A model generated the notes under the pieces. It did no database searches. It was given only the letters and a program-made list of their open reading frames with translations, and was not told where the DNA came from. DNA of 43,950 nucleotides from Candidatus Margulisiibacteriota bacterium (lineage in GTDB: Bacteria; Margulisbacteria; WOR-1; JAHJIW01), in NCBI GenBank assembly GCA_041645285.1, contig JBAZQH010000001.1, forward strand, positions 1-43,950, in the 5' to 3' direction. Shown piece by piece: positions 27,901 to 35,748 of the stretch. Position 1 is the stretch's first letter, and each line of letters starts with the position of its first letter. Made by a program: the position numbers and the translations under genes.

Positions 27901-28611
27901 TTACGAAAACTTGCTTTTCAGCTCCTCAATCATGGCAACATTTTTCTTGGATTTTTCGTCCATCGGGTCAATTTCAATCGCTTTTATAAAATGATTCAGG
28001 GCATGGTCGACATCCCCTTTAGTGTAATAGTTAAGCCCCAGCTGGTAATGGCCGGCGGCCGATTCCGGGCATTGTCCGATAAATTTTTCAAAGGCCTGGA
28101 TGGCGTCGTTATTTTTGCCTTCACGCGAGAGGGCAATGCCTAAATGATAATAAGCAATAGCCAGGTGCGGTTCTCTTTTGATGACTGCGTTAAAGTGTTC
28201 GATGGCTTCCTTTAATTTACCGGCATAATAATAAGTCAGTCCCAGCCAGTAGGCGGCAATATTCAGGTTAGGGTTGATTTTCAGGGCGTTTTCAAATGAT
28301 TTGGCGGCTTCCTCCAGTTTTCCGCGGCGGTAAAGTGCAATTCCCAGCTCATAATGCGCACCGGCATATTGGGGATTGCAGTGCAGGGCTTCGCGGTATT
28401 CGGCAATGGCTTCGTCCAGCATGGTTTGGCGGTAATAAATACTGCCCAAGCTTTGGTGCGCAATGGCGTTATTGGGATCCAATTTGATGGCATCCAGGTA
28501 GGCCTGGATGGCATCTTTGGTCTTGCCGGAGCGCAGTAAACTGCAGGCGCAATCCATCCTTTCTTCGGCTGCATTCTTGGGTGTTACCGGACATTTTTTT
28601 TCTTCTTCCAT
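27901..28611 (-). CDS. TPR repeat protein
   Basis: About six tandem 34-aa repeats, for example AIQAYLDAIKLDPNNAIAHQSLG, AIAEYREALHCNPQYAGAHYELG, AAKSFENALKINPNLNIAAYWLG. Confidence 0.88.
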   Translation of the reverse strand: MEEEKKCPVTPKNAAEERMDCACSLLRSGKTKDAIQAYLDAIKLDPNNAIAHQSLGSIYYRQTMLDEAIAEYREALHCNPQYAGAHYELGIALYRRGKLEEAAKSFENALKINPNLNIAAYWLGLTYYYAGKLKEAIEHFNAVIKREPHLAIAYYHLGIALSREGKNNDAIQAFEKFIGQCPESAAGHYQLGLNYYTKGDVDHALNHFIKAIEIDPMDEKSKKNVAMIEELKSKFS

Positions 28612-28623
28612 AAAAACTCCTCC

Positions 28624-29106
28624 TTATCTTCTGCGACCCAGGGCAAAACTTTGTAAACGGTTTGATAATAAAATTTTATTTGAATCCGCCACTGCGTCAT
28701 CATCTTCAAAGCTCAAGGCCCCGGAAGTGCAGGCCTGGACACAGCGCGGTTTTTCCCCCGCCCGGAGTTTATCAATGCACAAATTGCATTTGGGGGCGAT
28801 ATGCTTGCCTAAATTGATATCGATTACCCCAAAAGGGCAGGCGGCGGCGCAGGATTTACAGCCCACGCACATGAATTTGCTCCGTCTGACTATTCCGGTA
28901 TCAATTTCCTTTTGCATGGCCTGGTTTGGGCAAGCGGCAGCGCAGGATGGCTGGTCGCAATGCAAGCAATGCAAAGGCAGGCGAGCGGCACCCAGCACGT
29001 CGGCATGGCCCAGCAGGGTTTGGTAGTGATGGCTAAAATAACACGCGGCGGCGCAGGACTTGCAGCCGCAGCATTTATCCAAATGTAAGTAAATTCGTTT
29101 TGCCAT
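28624..29106 (-). CDS. 4Fe-4S polyferredoxin (HycB/HydN-like)
   Basis: Four Cys clusters: CCGCKSCAAAC, CLHCDQPSCAAACP, CVGCKSCAAACP, CNLCIDKL...CVQAC. Confidence 0.88.
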   Translation of the reverse strand: MAKRIYLHLDKCCGCKSCAAACYFSHHYQTLLGHADVLGAARLPLHCLHCDQPSCAAACPNQAMQKEIDTGIVRRSKFMCVGCKSCAAACPFGVIDINLGKHIAPKCNLCIDKLRAGEKPRCVQACTSGALSFEDDDAVADSNKILLSNRLQSFALGRRR

Positions 29107-29109
29107 TTT

Positions 29110-30249
29110 TTACCTGGTTCCTGGTTTGGTCAATCCATTAAAAATTTTAACGTAACTGCCGGCGCCGCCAAAGGGTTGAACCACCGGTACAACGGTGCGC
29201 AACTGTTCACCGCAAAAAATAAAACTGCCTCCGCATTCCTGCGGCATGGCCACTGGGAACACAATGTGGGCTTGTTGGGTTAAGTCGGTTTCCAGTAGAT
29301 CGGCGGCAACCAGGCAGGTTAGCGCGTTTAATTTTGGAAAAATTTCGGCCTCCAGCCCGGCTCCAAGTGCCAGTAGTACCTTTAGCTTGTTTCCCGCGAG
29401 GGCCGCCCTTACGCTAAGCTTTTGCAAGGTTTGGCGGGCGCCGTAAGTATTGGAAGCAGTGTGGAAGCATAAATATTTTTTCCCGGTTTTTTGCGCCAGC
29501 TGCCAGCCGATCGCTTCCAGCTGCGGGTCGTCATTGGGGGAAGATACTACTACCATTCCAGATTGGGCAGTTGACAGAATTTTTTCGGCGGCAGCGAGCG
29601 CCTCTGTCAATTCTGCCGGCAGTTGCCCCGCGCCATCTTTGGTGGTAAGCGGCGCCTTGAAAAACTGGGTAGCAAACCAGCTGGTGTGCGAAGCCGACTC
29701 GTCAATCACAATAATTTGGTTGCCCTTTTTGCCGTATTTTACGGCGTTGATAGAGCGTGAAAAACAGGGAGTTTTTTCCAGAACATCTCCCAGGATAACC
29801 ATTGTTTCCAGCGCGGGGATTTGTGCAAAAAGGGCATAATCGGGATTAACCAATGCGGTTTGCACCCCTTCAATTTCAAAATAAGGCGTCTGGATTGTTT
29901 CTGCGCAAAATTTTGCGGCGGCTTCCAACTCTTCCAGTGAAGCATGCCCACTGATTAAAACTCCAACTTCATGGCCTGCTACCTTGCCTAATTGGGAGGC
30001 CAATTCTTTTAGCGCGGCCTCCCAGGTGGTGTTCACCGCTTCGTTGTTAATTTTAATTGACGGGATTGAAAGGCGCCCAGGGTTGGTTAGCATCCCCAAT
30101 AAATCGTGGCCCCGCGGGCAAAGTGAGCCAAAATTAATCGGGTTATCGGTATCGTAGGCAATTTCCACGACATTATTGCCGTTTACTACAAAGCCCACGC
30201 CACAGCCCATTGAACAGTTAGTGCAAATAGTTTTTTTGATTGTTACCAT
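29110..30249 (-). CDS. molybdopterin-oxidoreductase-family protein, short form (formate dehydrogenase alpha / NuoG-like, probably non-catalytic)
   Basis: N-terminal 4Fe-4S Mo/W-bisMGD-type motif CTNCSMGCGV...GSLCPRG. The protein is only 379 aa with no C-terminal dinucleotide-binding domain. The stop is TAA, so it is not a Sec read-through. Confidence 0.75.
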   Translation of the reverse strand: MVTIKKTICTNCSMGCGVGFVVNGNNVVEIAYDTDNPINFGSLCPRGHDLLGMLTNPGRLSIPSIKINNEAVNTTWEAALKELASQLGKVAGHEVGVLISGHASLEELEAAAKFCAETIQTPYFEIEGVQTALVNPDYALFAQIPALETMVILGDVLEKTPCFSRSINAVKYGKKGNQIIVIDESASHTSWFATQFFKAPLTTKDGAGQLPAELTEALAAAEKILSTAQSGMVVVSSPNDDPQLEAIGWQLAQKTGKKYLCFHTASNTYGARQTLQKLSVRAALAGNKLKVLLALGAGLEAEIFPKLNALTCLVAADLLETDLTQQAHIVFPVAMPQECGGSFIFCGEQLRTVVPVVQPFGGAGSYVKIFNGLTKPGTR

Positions 30250-31061
30250 GGATCAGGTATATCCTTTATTTGATCCCACGTAAACACCGGCCCGTCTTTG
30301 CAGGCCAGATACGGGCCTACGTTGCAGTGGAAACACATCCCCACCCCGCAGCTCATGTTTTTTTCCATTGAAAGGTTGATTTGATCGGCGGCAAAACCCA
30401 AATCCAGCATTTTTTTAGTGACAAATTTCATCATGATAGGCGGGCCGCACACCACGCCGACGGCATCGGCCGGGTTGACGCCCGTGTTTTCCAAAATGGT
30501 GGTGACGATGCCAACTTTTCCGCCCCAGGTACTGTCGCCGCGGTCAACCGTAATGTCAAAATCAACTTTTTCCTTATTTTTCCATTCTTCCAGCAGTGTT
30601 TTGAAGGCAATGTCCTGCGGTGAGCGTGAGCCAAAACGGATAAATATTTTTTTATAATTTTGGATGTTGTGGAAAAGAGCGAACAACAGTGCGCGCAGGG
30701 GCGCCAACCCCACGCCGCCCCCCACCACAAAAATTTCCCGGCCCTTCCACTGGTCAATTTTATAATACGCGTTGCCTAAAGGGCCTCGCAGGCCCACCTG
30801 GTCGCCGATTTTGGCCTGATGCAAGAGTGCGGTAACACTGCCGGCTTTCATGATGGAAAACTCAAGGGTTTCGGTTTCGTACATTGATGAAGAAGGCGTA
30901 AACGGCGCTTCGCCCAATCCCGGCAAAGAAACCTGCATGAATTGTCCGGCGGCAAAACTAATTTTTTCTTCCGGCCGCAGGACAAAGGTCTTGATATTCG
31001 GCGTTTCGTCGATTATCTTCTCGATTTTAGCTTTGATGGGTTTGTATGGATTATTTAGCAT
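30243..31061 (-). CDS. FAD/NAD(P)-binding 2Fe-2S oxidoreductase (sulfhydrogenase gamma HydG / AsrB / PyrK-like)
   Basis: The protein starts MLNNPYKPIKAKIEKIIDETPNIKTF.... The flavin-reductase fold is indicated by ...FMQVSLPGLGEAPFT... and VVGGGVGLAPL. The C-terminal 2Fe-2S motif is CGVGMCFHCNVG...CKDGPVF. The ORF-track start 31241 would overlap the upstream gene by 143 nt. Confidence 0.85.
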   Translation of the reverse strand: MLNNPYKPIKAKIEKIIDETPNIKTFVLRPEEKISFAAGQFMQVSLPGLGEAPFTPSSSMYETETLEFSIMKAGSVTALLHQAKIGDQVGLRGPLGNAYYKIDQWKGREIFVVGGGVGLAPLRALLFALFHNIQNYKKIFIRFGSRSPQDIAFKTLLEEWKNKEKVDFDITVDRGDSTWGGKVGIVTTILENTGVNPADAVGVVCGPPIMMKFVTKKMLDLGFAADQINLSMEKNMSCGVGMCFHCNVGPYLACKDGPVFTWDQIKDIPDPW

Positions 31062-31098
31062 AGTTTTTAAACAACCAGAAACCTTTCCCTTTTCTTTA

Positions 31099-32148
31099 CT
31101 ATTCCAGCCGCGCCGATAGTACCGCGGCTTTAGCGAGCTCTTTAAATACCTGGCGCATATCAATTTTGCCGCAGCAAGCATCGATACAGCGCCCGCAGCC
31201 AACACAAGAATACCGGCCAATGCGGGAAACCATATAGTCAAACTTACATTGATAACGGTTTTGCAGACGGGAAAAAAGCGTGGCCCGGTCGTTGGCCCCG
31301 CCGGCTACCCGCGTGTAGGCGCCGTGCAAACAATTGTCCCAAACCTTGATTTTTTCCGCGGCCCCCTTATTAATTTGGTCAATCAACAAAAAACAGGTGC
31401 AGCTGGGACAGGCACGGTTGCAGGCCTGGCAGTCAACGCAGGTCCGCGTAATTTTTCTCCAAACCCCTTCGTTTTCAAGGGTGTGGCGATGGAGGTCGGT
31501 CAGGTCGGCGGTGTTGGCAAATTCCTGGTTTAAGGCATCAACTTTTTGAACGATTATGGTACGGTTTGCAAATTGTTCTTCCAGTGCTTGAGTGGCATCA
31601 ATAAACAGGGAGGCGTGTTCTTTTAGCAATTTTTCGCCTTTGGCGGAGCCCGCTTCGACCACAAAACCATCTGTAACCGGCGATAAATTGAGGTCGAAAC
31701 CTTTTTCGGGGTAGGGTTGCCCTTTGACCAGGCGGCAAAAACAAGTAGGGGCGGCATCGGTGCAGTCGGCGCTGATGATTAGGGCATTTTGGCGCCGGGA
31801 TAAATAAAATGGGTCTTTAATTTCCCCTGCGCCATAAACCTGGTCAATTACTTCAAGGGCAGACAGGTCGCAGGCTTTGGCCCCCAGGACAACGAAAGAA
31901 AAATCGCCGGCTCCTCCCCCGGGCTTGGGGAGTTCCAGCACATTTTCTGCAATTGGGTAAAAAAACTGCCGGATTGAATTAACGGTGCGGTATTGGCCAA
32001 CTTCGATATTTTGCAGGTTGTCGGCGGTGATTTTTTTGAATGCGAAAACATCGTAAACTTTAAGGGGAGCAAAAACTGGATAATTTGACAGCAGAGAGCC
32101 GATTAATTTCTGGAAGTCGTCCCGGCCGATGAATACATTATTGGTCAA
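31099..32148 (-). CDS. 4Fe-4S dicluster protein (sulfhydrogenase beta HydB / AsrA-like)
   Basis: Cys motifs CVDCQACNRACPSCTCF and CVGCGRCIDACCGKI. The TTG start at 32148 has SD GAGGAA 6 nt upstream. The longer ORF to 32373 has no family-like N-terminus and would run through the promoter region. Confidence 0.8.
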   Translation of the reverse strand: MTNNVFIGRDDFQKLIGSLLSNYPVFAPLKVYDVFAFKKITADNLQNIEVGQYRTVNSIRQFFYPIAENVLELPKPGGGAGDFSFVVLGAKACDLSALEVIDQVYGAGEIKDPFYLSRRQNALIISADCTDAAPTCFCRLVKGQPYPEKGFDLNLSPVTDGFVVEAGSAKGEKLLKEHASLFIDATQALEEQFANRTIIVQKVDALNQEFANTADLTDLHRHTLENEGVWRKITRTCVDCQACNRACPSCTCFLLIDQINKGAAEKIKVWDNCLHGAYTRVAGGANDRATLFSRLQNRYQCKFDYMVSRIGRYSCVGCGRCIDACCGKIDMRQVFKELAKAAVLSARLE

Positions 32149-32196
32149 GGCACATTCCTCGATTATTCTAACCCGCAAAATGGCGGCGGGAAATAC

Positions 32197-32226
32197 ATTA
32201 TATAAGGGAAAAACCAGGGTTGTCAA
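32197..32226 (-). promoter_or_regulatory. near-consensus sigma70-type promoter for the hydrogenase operon
   Basis: On the - strand the sequence reads TTGACA (32226-32221), an 18-nt spacer, then TATAAT (32202-32197). This is about 50 nt upstream of the TTG start at 32148. Confidence 0.5.
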
Positions 32227-32286
32227 ACGGCCCAAATAACCCGCCTCCCCGCTGAAATTTATCCATAAAAATGACGAAATATATAT

Positions 32287-35200
32287 ATGTCGAACGGCAA
32301 AACATATATGCCAAGCAGAAAAATTATGCATTCTCTTGGAAAAGCAAGGCGTAGAGTTGGAATAGTGTCTCAAGCGGCAACTGGCATTTACTCTACGCTG
32401 GGGTATGTTAACCGTCGGTCAATTTCCATAAGTTTACGCGAGCAGACCGCCAAGTTTTTGCCGGGGCAAAGAACCCAACTGGCCTTACTTTTGGTTCAAC
32501 ATCAAATTCTTCAGCCAACGGCTGCGCCAATAGAATTAACTAAAATCGGGGAAGCGGATTGTTGCAGAGCTATAACACGCAGAGATATCGATAGCTTTTT
32601 AATGGCCTTTAACGCAGAGTTTAGTGGTGTGTTTGAAGGATATTTCAGGAGGGAGCAGTTTAGTTTTCTGTCTTGTGCGGAGCGTGCGGGGGCGGGAGAA
32701 GAACGGACTTTGGTTGCGATCGCAGAGGTTGCTCCCGTGGCAGGGTCAATTGATTTGCGCGCAGAAGTATTGGAAGTATTGAGGACCGTTAACCGGCCGA
32801 TTACAGTGGCGGGTATTTGTGAGGAAATAAATGATATTCATGCCCAACGCAAGGCAGGTAAGGTTGGCGATGCCGAGATTGGAGTTTGTATTGGCCAATT
32901 GCTTCCAGCGGGAACATTGTCCTCTACGGTTGGGCCACGTGGGCGTGATAAACGATTTTTTATAACTGCCAGAACGGCAGAGCTGTTAGCCGAAAACACA
33001 ATTTTCAGATACGAGGACACGCGCTTAACGAGTTTTGTTTTCCGCGGAGATATTGAGGCGTTGGCCAAGCTCGGAAATATTTATCGTTTGTTAGGCCGGG
33101 ACGGGGAAAATGTTTTTTTGTCTGAAGATAAATTTAGGAGCCAGAGAGTTAATCTGGCAGAGGTTTTTTCGGGCGCTGGGCAAACCATGGCGGTTTATCG
33201 GGAAGATGCCAGAGATTTGGCAGAAAAAGGATATTTAATTGAAGGGCGCCATAATGATGGTCTTACGTTTTGCTACGTTGATGCGGCGGCGCAGTATGAG
33301 CACCGCGGATTAATTTTCAACGCGTTCTTTTTTGATTATTTGATTGTTAGCCCAGAAATGGATGCCGCCGGACAGGGACACTGCCGGGCACGCCTGGCGC
33401 GCGCTTTTGAGGTTGGTTTGGCGGCAGAGCTGGCCGAGGATGAAGAAACCACGGTGAATGAATATTTATATGAGGCCTGGACGGTGATCCGCAACGGGGC
33501 CAAAGAAAAAGCCGTGGTGATGGCGTTGGTTAAGCGTGCGGAGGTAGCAACCGATTTACTGCATGAGAATTTATTTACCACTATCGAAATTCGGGATTAT
33601 AGAGTGGGTTTAGAGCGGTTGGCATTAAGGATGGCCTTTCCAATGTGTTATATGTGTAACGTGTCGTGGTCATTACAGAACTTTTTTCACGATGTTTATG
33701 ACCAAACCGATAATTATGAGGTTTTTCTGCTTTTGTTGGTGAGAAAAGCAAATGTGGTGCGTCGGCTGGCGTTTTTGGAAAGCACGCCGGATTCCCTAAA
33801 TGTTTGCCGGGAAATGGAATTAGTTTATGCGCCGCTGGCGAGAAGTAAGGGATTAATTTATTTAGCCAATAATATGCTGGATTGTGTGGCTAAATTAAAG
33901 GACCAAACTGGATACAGTTCTGCGAAAGCGGCCATGGAGGCCGAGATTGGTATGGAATTTGACCAAGCCCGGCAGCATGCGCGTCTGGTTGCCAGAAGAA
34001 TCCATTCGGAAGTTCCTTTGCAACTCAGAAGCATGGTTAAGATATTAGCTACCCGGGTTAAAGAAGTAAGCGCTTTTGTTGGTAAGGTGAGCGCGCTGGG
34101 GGAGGAGGATTATCTTGATTTAAACGGAGTCCGGTTTGAAGCAAAAGCGCCGGAGCTAGTCGTTTCAGATGTACCCTTAACGGCAGAAAAAAAACTTGCG
34201 GCAAACATAGCTGTAGCGGACAAGTTGGCGGCAGAATTAGTGAGGCGTTTTGATTTAGTACCAGAAGATGAACTGCCCGAAGGGACAGCCCCGATTGTAA
34301 ATTACTTGAACACACCAAATGAAAGAAGTTGGAATGGATGGAGAGGATATTTTTATGATCCATTGCAACCCGAAGGGAATGAACGCCGCATTTTTTCTGT
34401 GCAGATTTTTACTCCCGAAATGACATTAGCGGACAGGCACGGGGAAGCCGCCCATTGGATATATAAAACTAAACGTGCGGCTAAAGCAGATCATCAGGCA
34501 CGTATGACAAAGAGAAAATTTATGCAGCCGCTTTTTGATTCGGTTTCCCCTAATGCATACAACGGAGATCCGGAACACGATTACTATGTTGATCAGCGGA
34601 TAGCGCGCCAGCACAAAAGGGTTTTAGTTTGGCTGCCCGACCAGCCATTTAGCGCAAAGGATTTTGCTTTTCCCGAATCGGGGGAACTGCTCATGTTGCG
34701 CATGGGGCAGGAAGAAACGGTTGAGGATGCCGCGGCTTTTCGGTCTTGGAGAAGCATGTTTGGTTCAACTTATGGATATACGGAAGTATATACTTTTGGA
34801 TTGCGTGAAGACGGCAAAATTGGGATTAGGCCGTGGCAGGGGGCGGCGCGGGCGGCAGTGGGGGCAATTTCTCCAAATGGCAGTCTTTTAGTATTTATGG
34901 GTGGGGTATTAGACGACAAAGCTTATCAAAGATTACACAGTAAGGTAAAGACGGTACGCGCACGCCTGTTTGTTGAAAGGAAGCTTAAGCATGCAGACCC
35001 AGAGCAATTAGCTCTAGCGGGGGTCAAGCAATCCGCCGGGCAGTTAATTTATACGAATGCTGATCTAATGCAGGTGTTACGGGCAACGGAGTTATTGGAT
35101 GAATCGGAGATATATCAAGCTATCGCCTTGGGCATATTAACAGAAGATGAAATCAGGAAGATAACGGGGGCTTTGGGAATAACCATTACGGTTCAATCAC

Positions 35201-35748
35201 TGCCGCAAGAAAAAACAGAAATTACGGTTACCGCCCCAGACAAAATCGGGTTGTTAAGTCAAATTTTAGGGCAGCTTTCACCCGATTTACAGGTGTTAGC
35301 GGCCAGTTCGGGCGCCGATAAGCAAGCCAGGGGAGCTTCGCCGTCAACCAGCGTATTGACGGTTAGGCCCAGACCTGGGATAGGGATGCCGCAAATAAAT
35401 AAAAATAAATTATCCCAGAGTTTGGAGGCATTTGGTAGAGTGAAAAATGGTGGCGGCGAAAACCTTACTCAACTAAAGGCAATTCTTATCCCTAGCGCAG
35501 GGATAAAAATGCCAAGGCATTGGAGTATGTTGCGAGAAATGTTGGGAATAGCGCAGGCATTCCAGTTGAATATTTTAGAATTAACCTTGCCGGATCTTTT
35601 AGAAGAAAAAGGCAAGAAAACTGGCGAGGTACTGTTTGAATGGAGCGGCGATCATCCGTTTTTAGCCGATGACCTTGCGGAAATTTCGAGTGCTTTAGCG
35701 GGTATTATGCCCGAAACGGTTAATTTTATGATTGCAGAAGTAGCTTAA
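32287..35748 (+). CDS. giant divergent RelA/SpoT-homolog (long RSH architecture with ~430-aa N-terminal extension)
   Basis: By-eye matches to long RSH proteins: an HD-region remnant FFHDVYDQTD and VYAPLARSKGLIYLANNMLD (vs IYAPLAHRLGI..K.ELED); synthetase motifs TRVKEVSAFVGK, LDLNGVRF, NYLNTPNE...NGWRGY and SVQIFTPEMTLADRHGEAAHWIYK; a TGS-like VLVWLPDQ...; and an ACT-like ITVTAPDKIGLLSQILGQL. The start codon is uncertain: there is no SD at 32287, and alternative ATGs lie at 32308 and 32326. Confidence 0.7.
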   Translation: MSNGKTYMPSRKIMHSLGKARRRVGIVSQAATGIYSTLGYVNRRSISISLREQTAKFLPGQRTQLALLLVQHQILQPTAAPIELTKIGEADCCRAITRRDIDSFLMAFNAEFSGVFEGYFRREQFSFLSCAERAGAGEERTLVAIAEVAPVAGSIDLRAEVLEVLRTVNRPITVAGICEEINDIHAQRKAGKVGDAEIGVCIGQLLPAGTLSSTVGPRGRDKRFFITARTAELLAENTIFRYEDTRLTSFVFRGDIEALAKLGNIYRLLGRDGENVFLSEDKFRSQRVNLAEVFSGAGQTMAVYREDARDLAEKGYLIEGRHNDGLTFCYVDAAAQYEHRGLIFNAFFFDYLIVSPEMDAAGQGHCRARLARAFEVGLAAELAEDEETTVNEYLYEAWTVIRNGAKEKAVVMALVKRAEVATDLLHENLFTTIEIRDYRVGLERLALRMAFPMCYMCNVSWSLQNFFHDVYDQTDNYEVFLLLLVRKANVVRRLAFLESTPDSLNVCREMELVYAPLARSKGLIYLANNMLDCVAKLKDQTGYSSAKAAMEAEIGMEFDQARQHARLVARRIHSEVPLQLRSMVKILATRVKEVSAFVGKVSALGEEDYLDLNGVRFEAKAPELVVSDVPLTAEKKLAANIAVADKLAAELVRRFDLVPEDELPEGTAPIVNYLNTPNERSWNGWRGYFYDPLQPEGNERRIFSVQIFTPEMTLADRHGEAAHWIYKTKRAAKADHQARMTKRKFMQPLFDSVSPNAYNGDPEHDYYVDQRIARQHKRVLVWLPDQPFSAKDFAFPESGELLMLRMGQEETVEDAAAFRSWRSMFGSTYGYTEVYTFGLREDGKIGIRPWQGAARAAVGAISPNGSLLVFMGGVLDDKAYQRLHSKVKTVRARLFVERKLKHADPEQLALAGVKQSAGQLIYTNADLMQVLRATELLDESEIYQAIALGILTEDEIRKITGALGITITVQSLPQEKTEITVTAPDKIGLLSQILGQLSPDLQVLAASSGADKQARGASPSTSVLTVRPRPGIGMPQINKNKLSQSLEAFGRVKNGGGENLTQLKAILIPSAGIKMPRHWSMLREMLGIAQAFQLNILELTLPDLLEEKGKKTGEVLFEWSGDHPFLADDLAEISSALAGIMPETVNFMIAEVA

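Noticed and set aside
28508-29026. 172-aa ORF on the + strand
   Set aside because: It is antisense to the polyferredoxin and TPR genes. The Ala/Cys/Gln-rich sequence mirrors the Cys codons of the real gene.
29110-30249. Selenocysteine read-through explaining the short formate-dehydrogenase-like ORF
   Set aside because: The ORF ends in TAA, not TGA, and the next ORF is a complete polyferredoxin with its own start.
31062-31241. 60-aa N-terminal extension of the HydG-like ORF
   Set aside because: It would overlap the upstream gene by 143 nt. Family members start at the MLNNPYKP-type sequence found at ATG 31061.
32149-32373. 75-aa N-terminal extension of the HydB/AsrA-like ORF
   Set aside because: It has no family-like sequence. 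It runs across the TTGACA/TATAAT promoter and into the divergent gene. An internal TTG with a GAGGAA SD gives a family-typical start.
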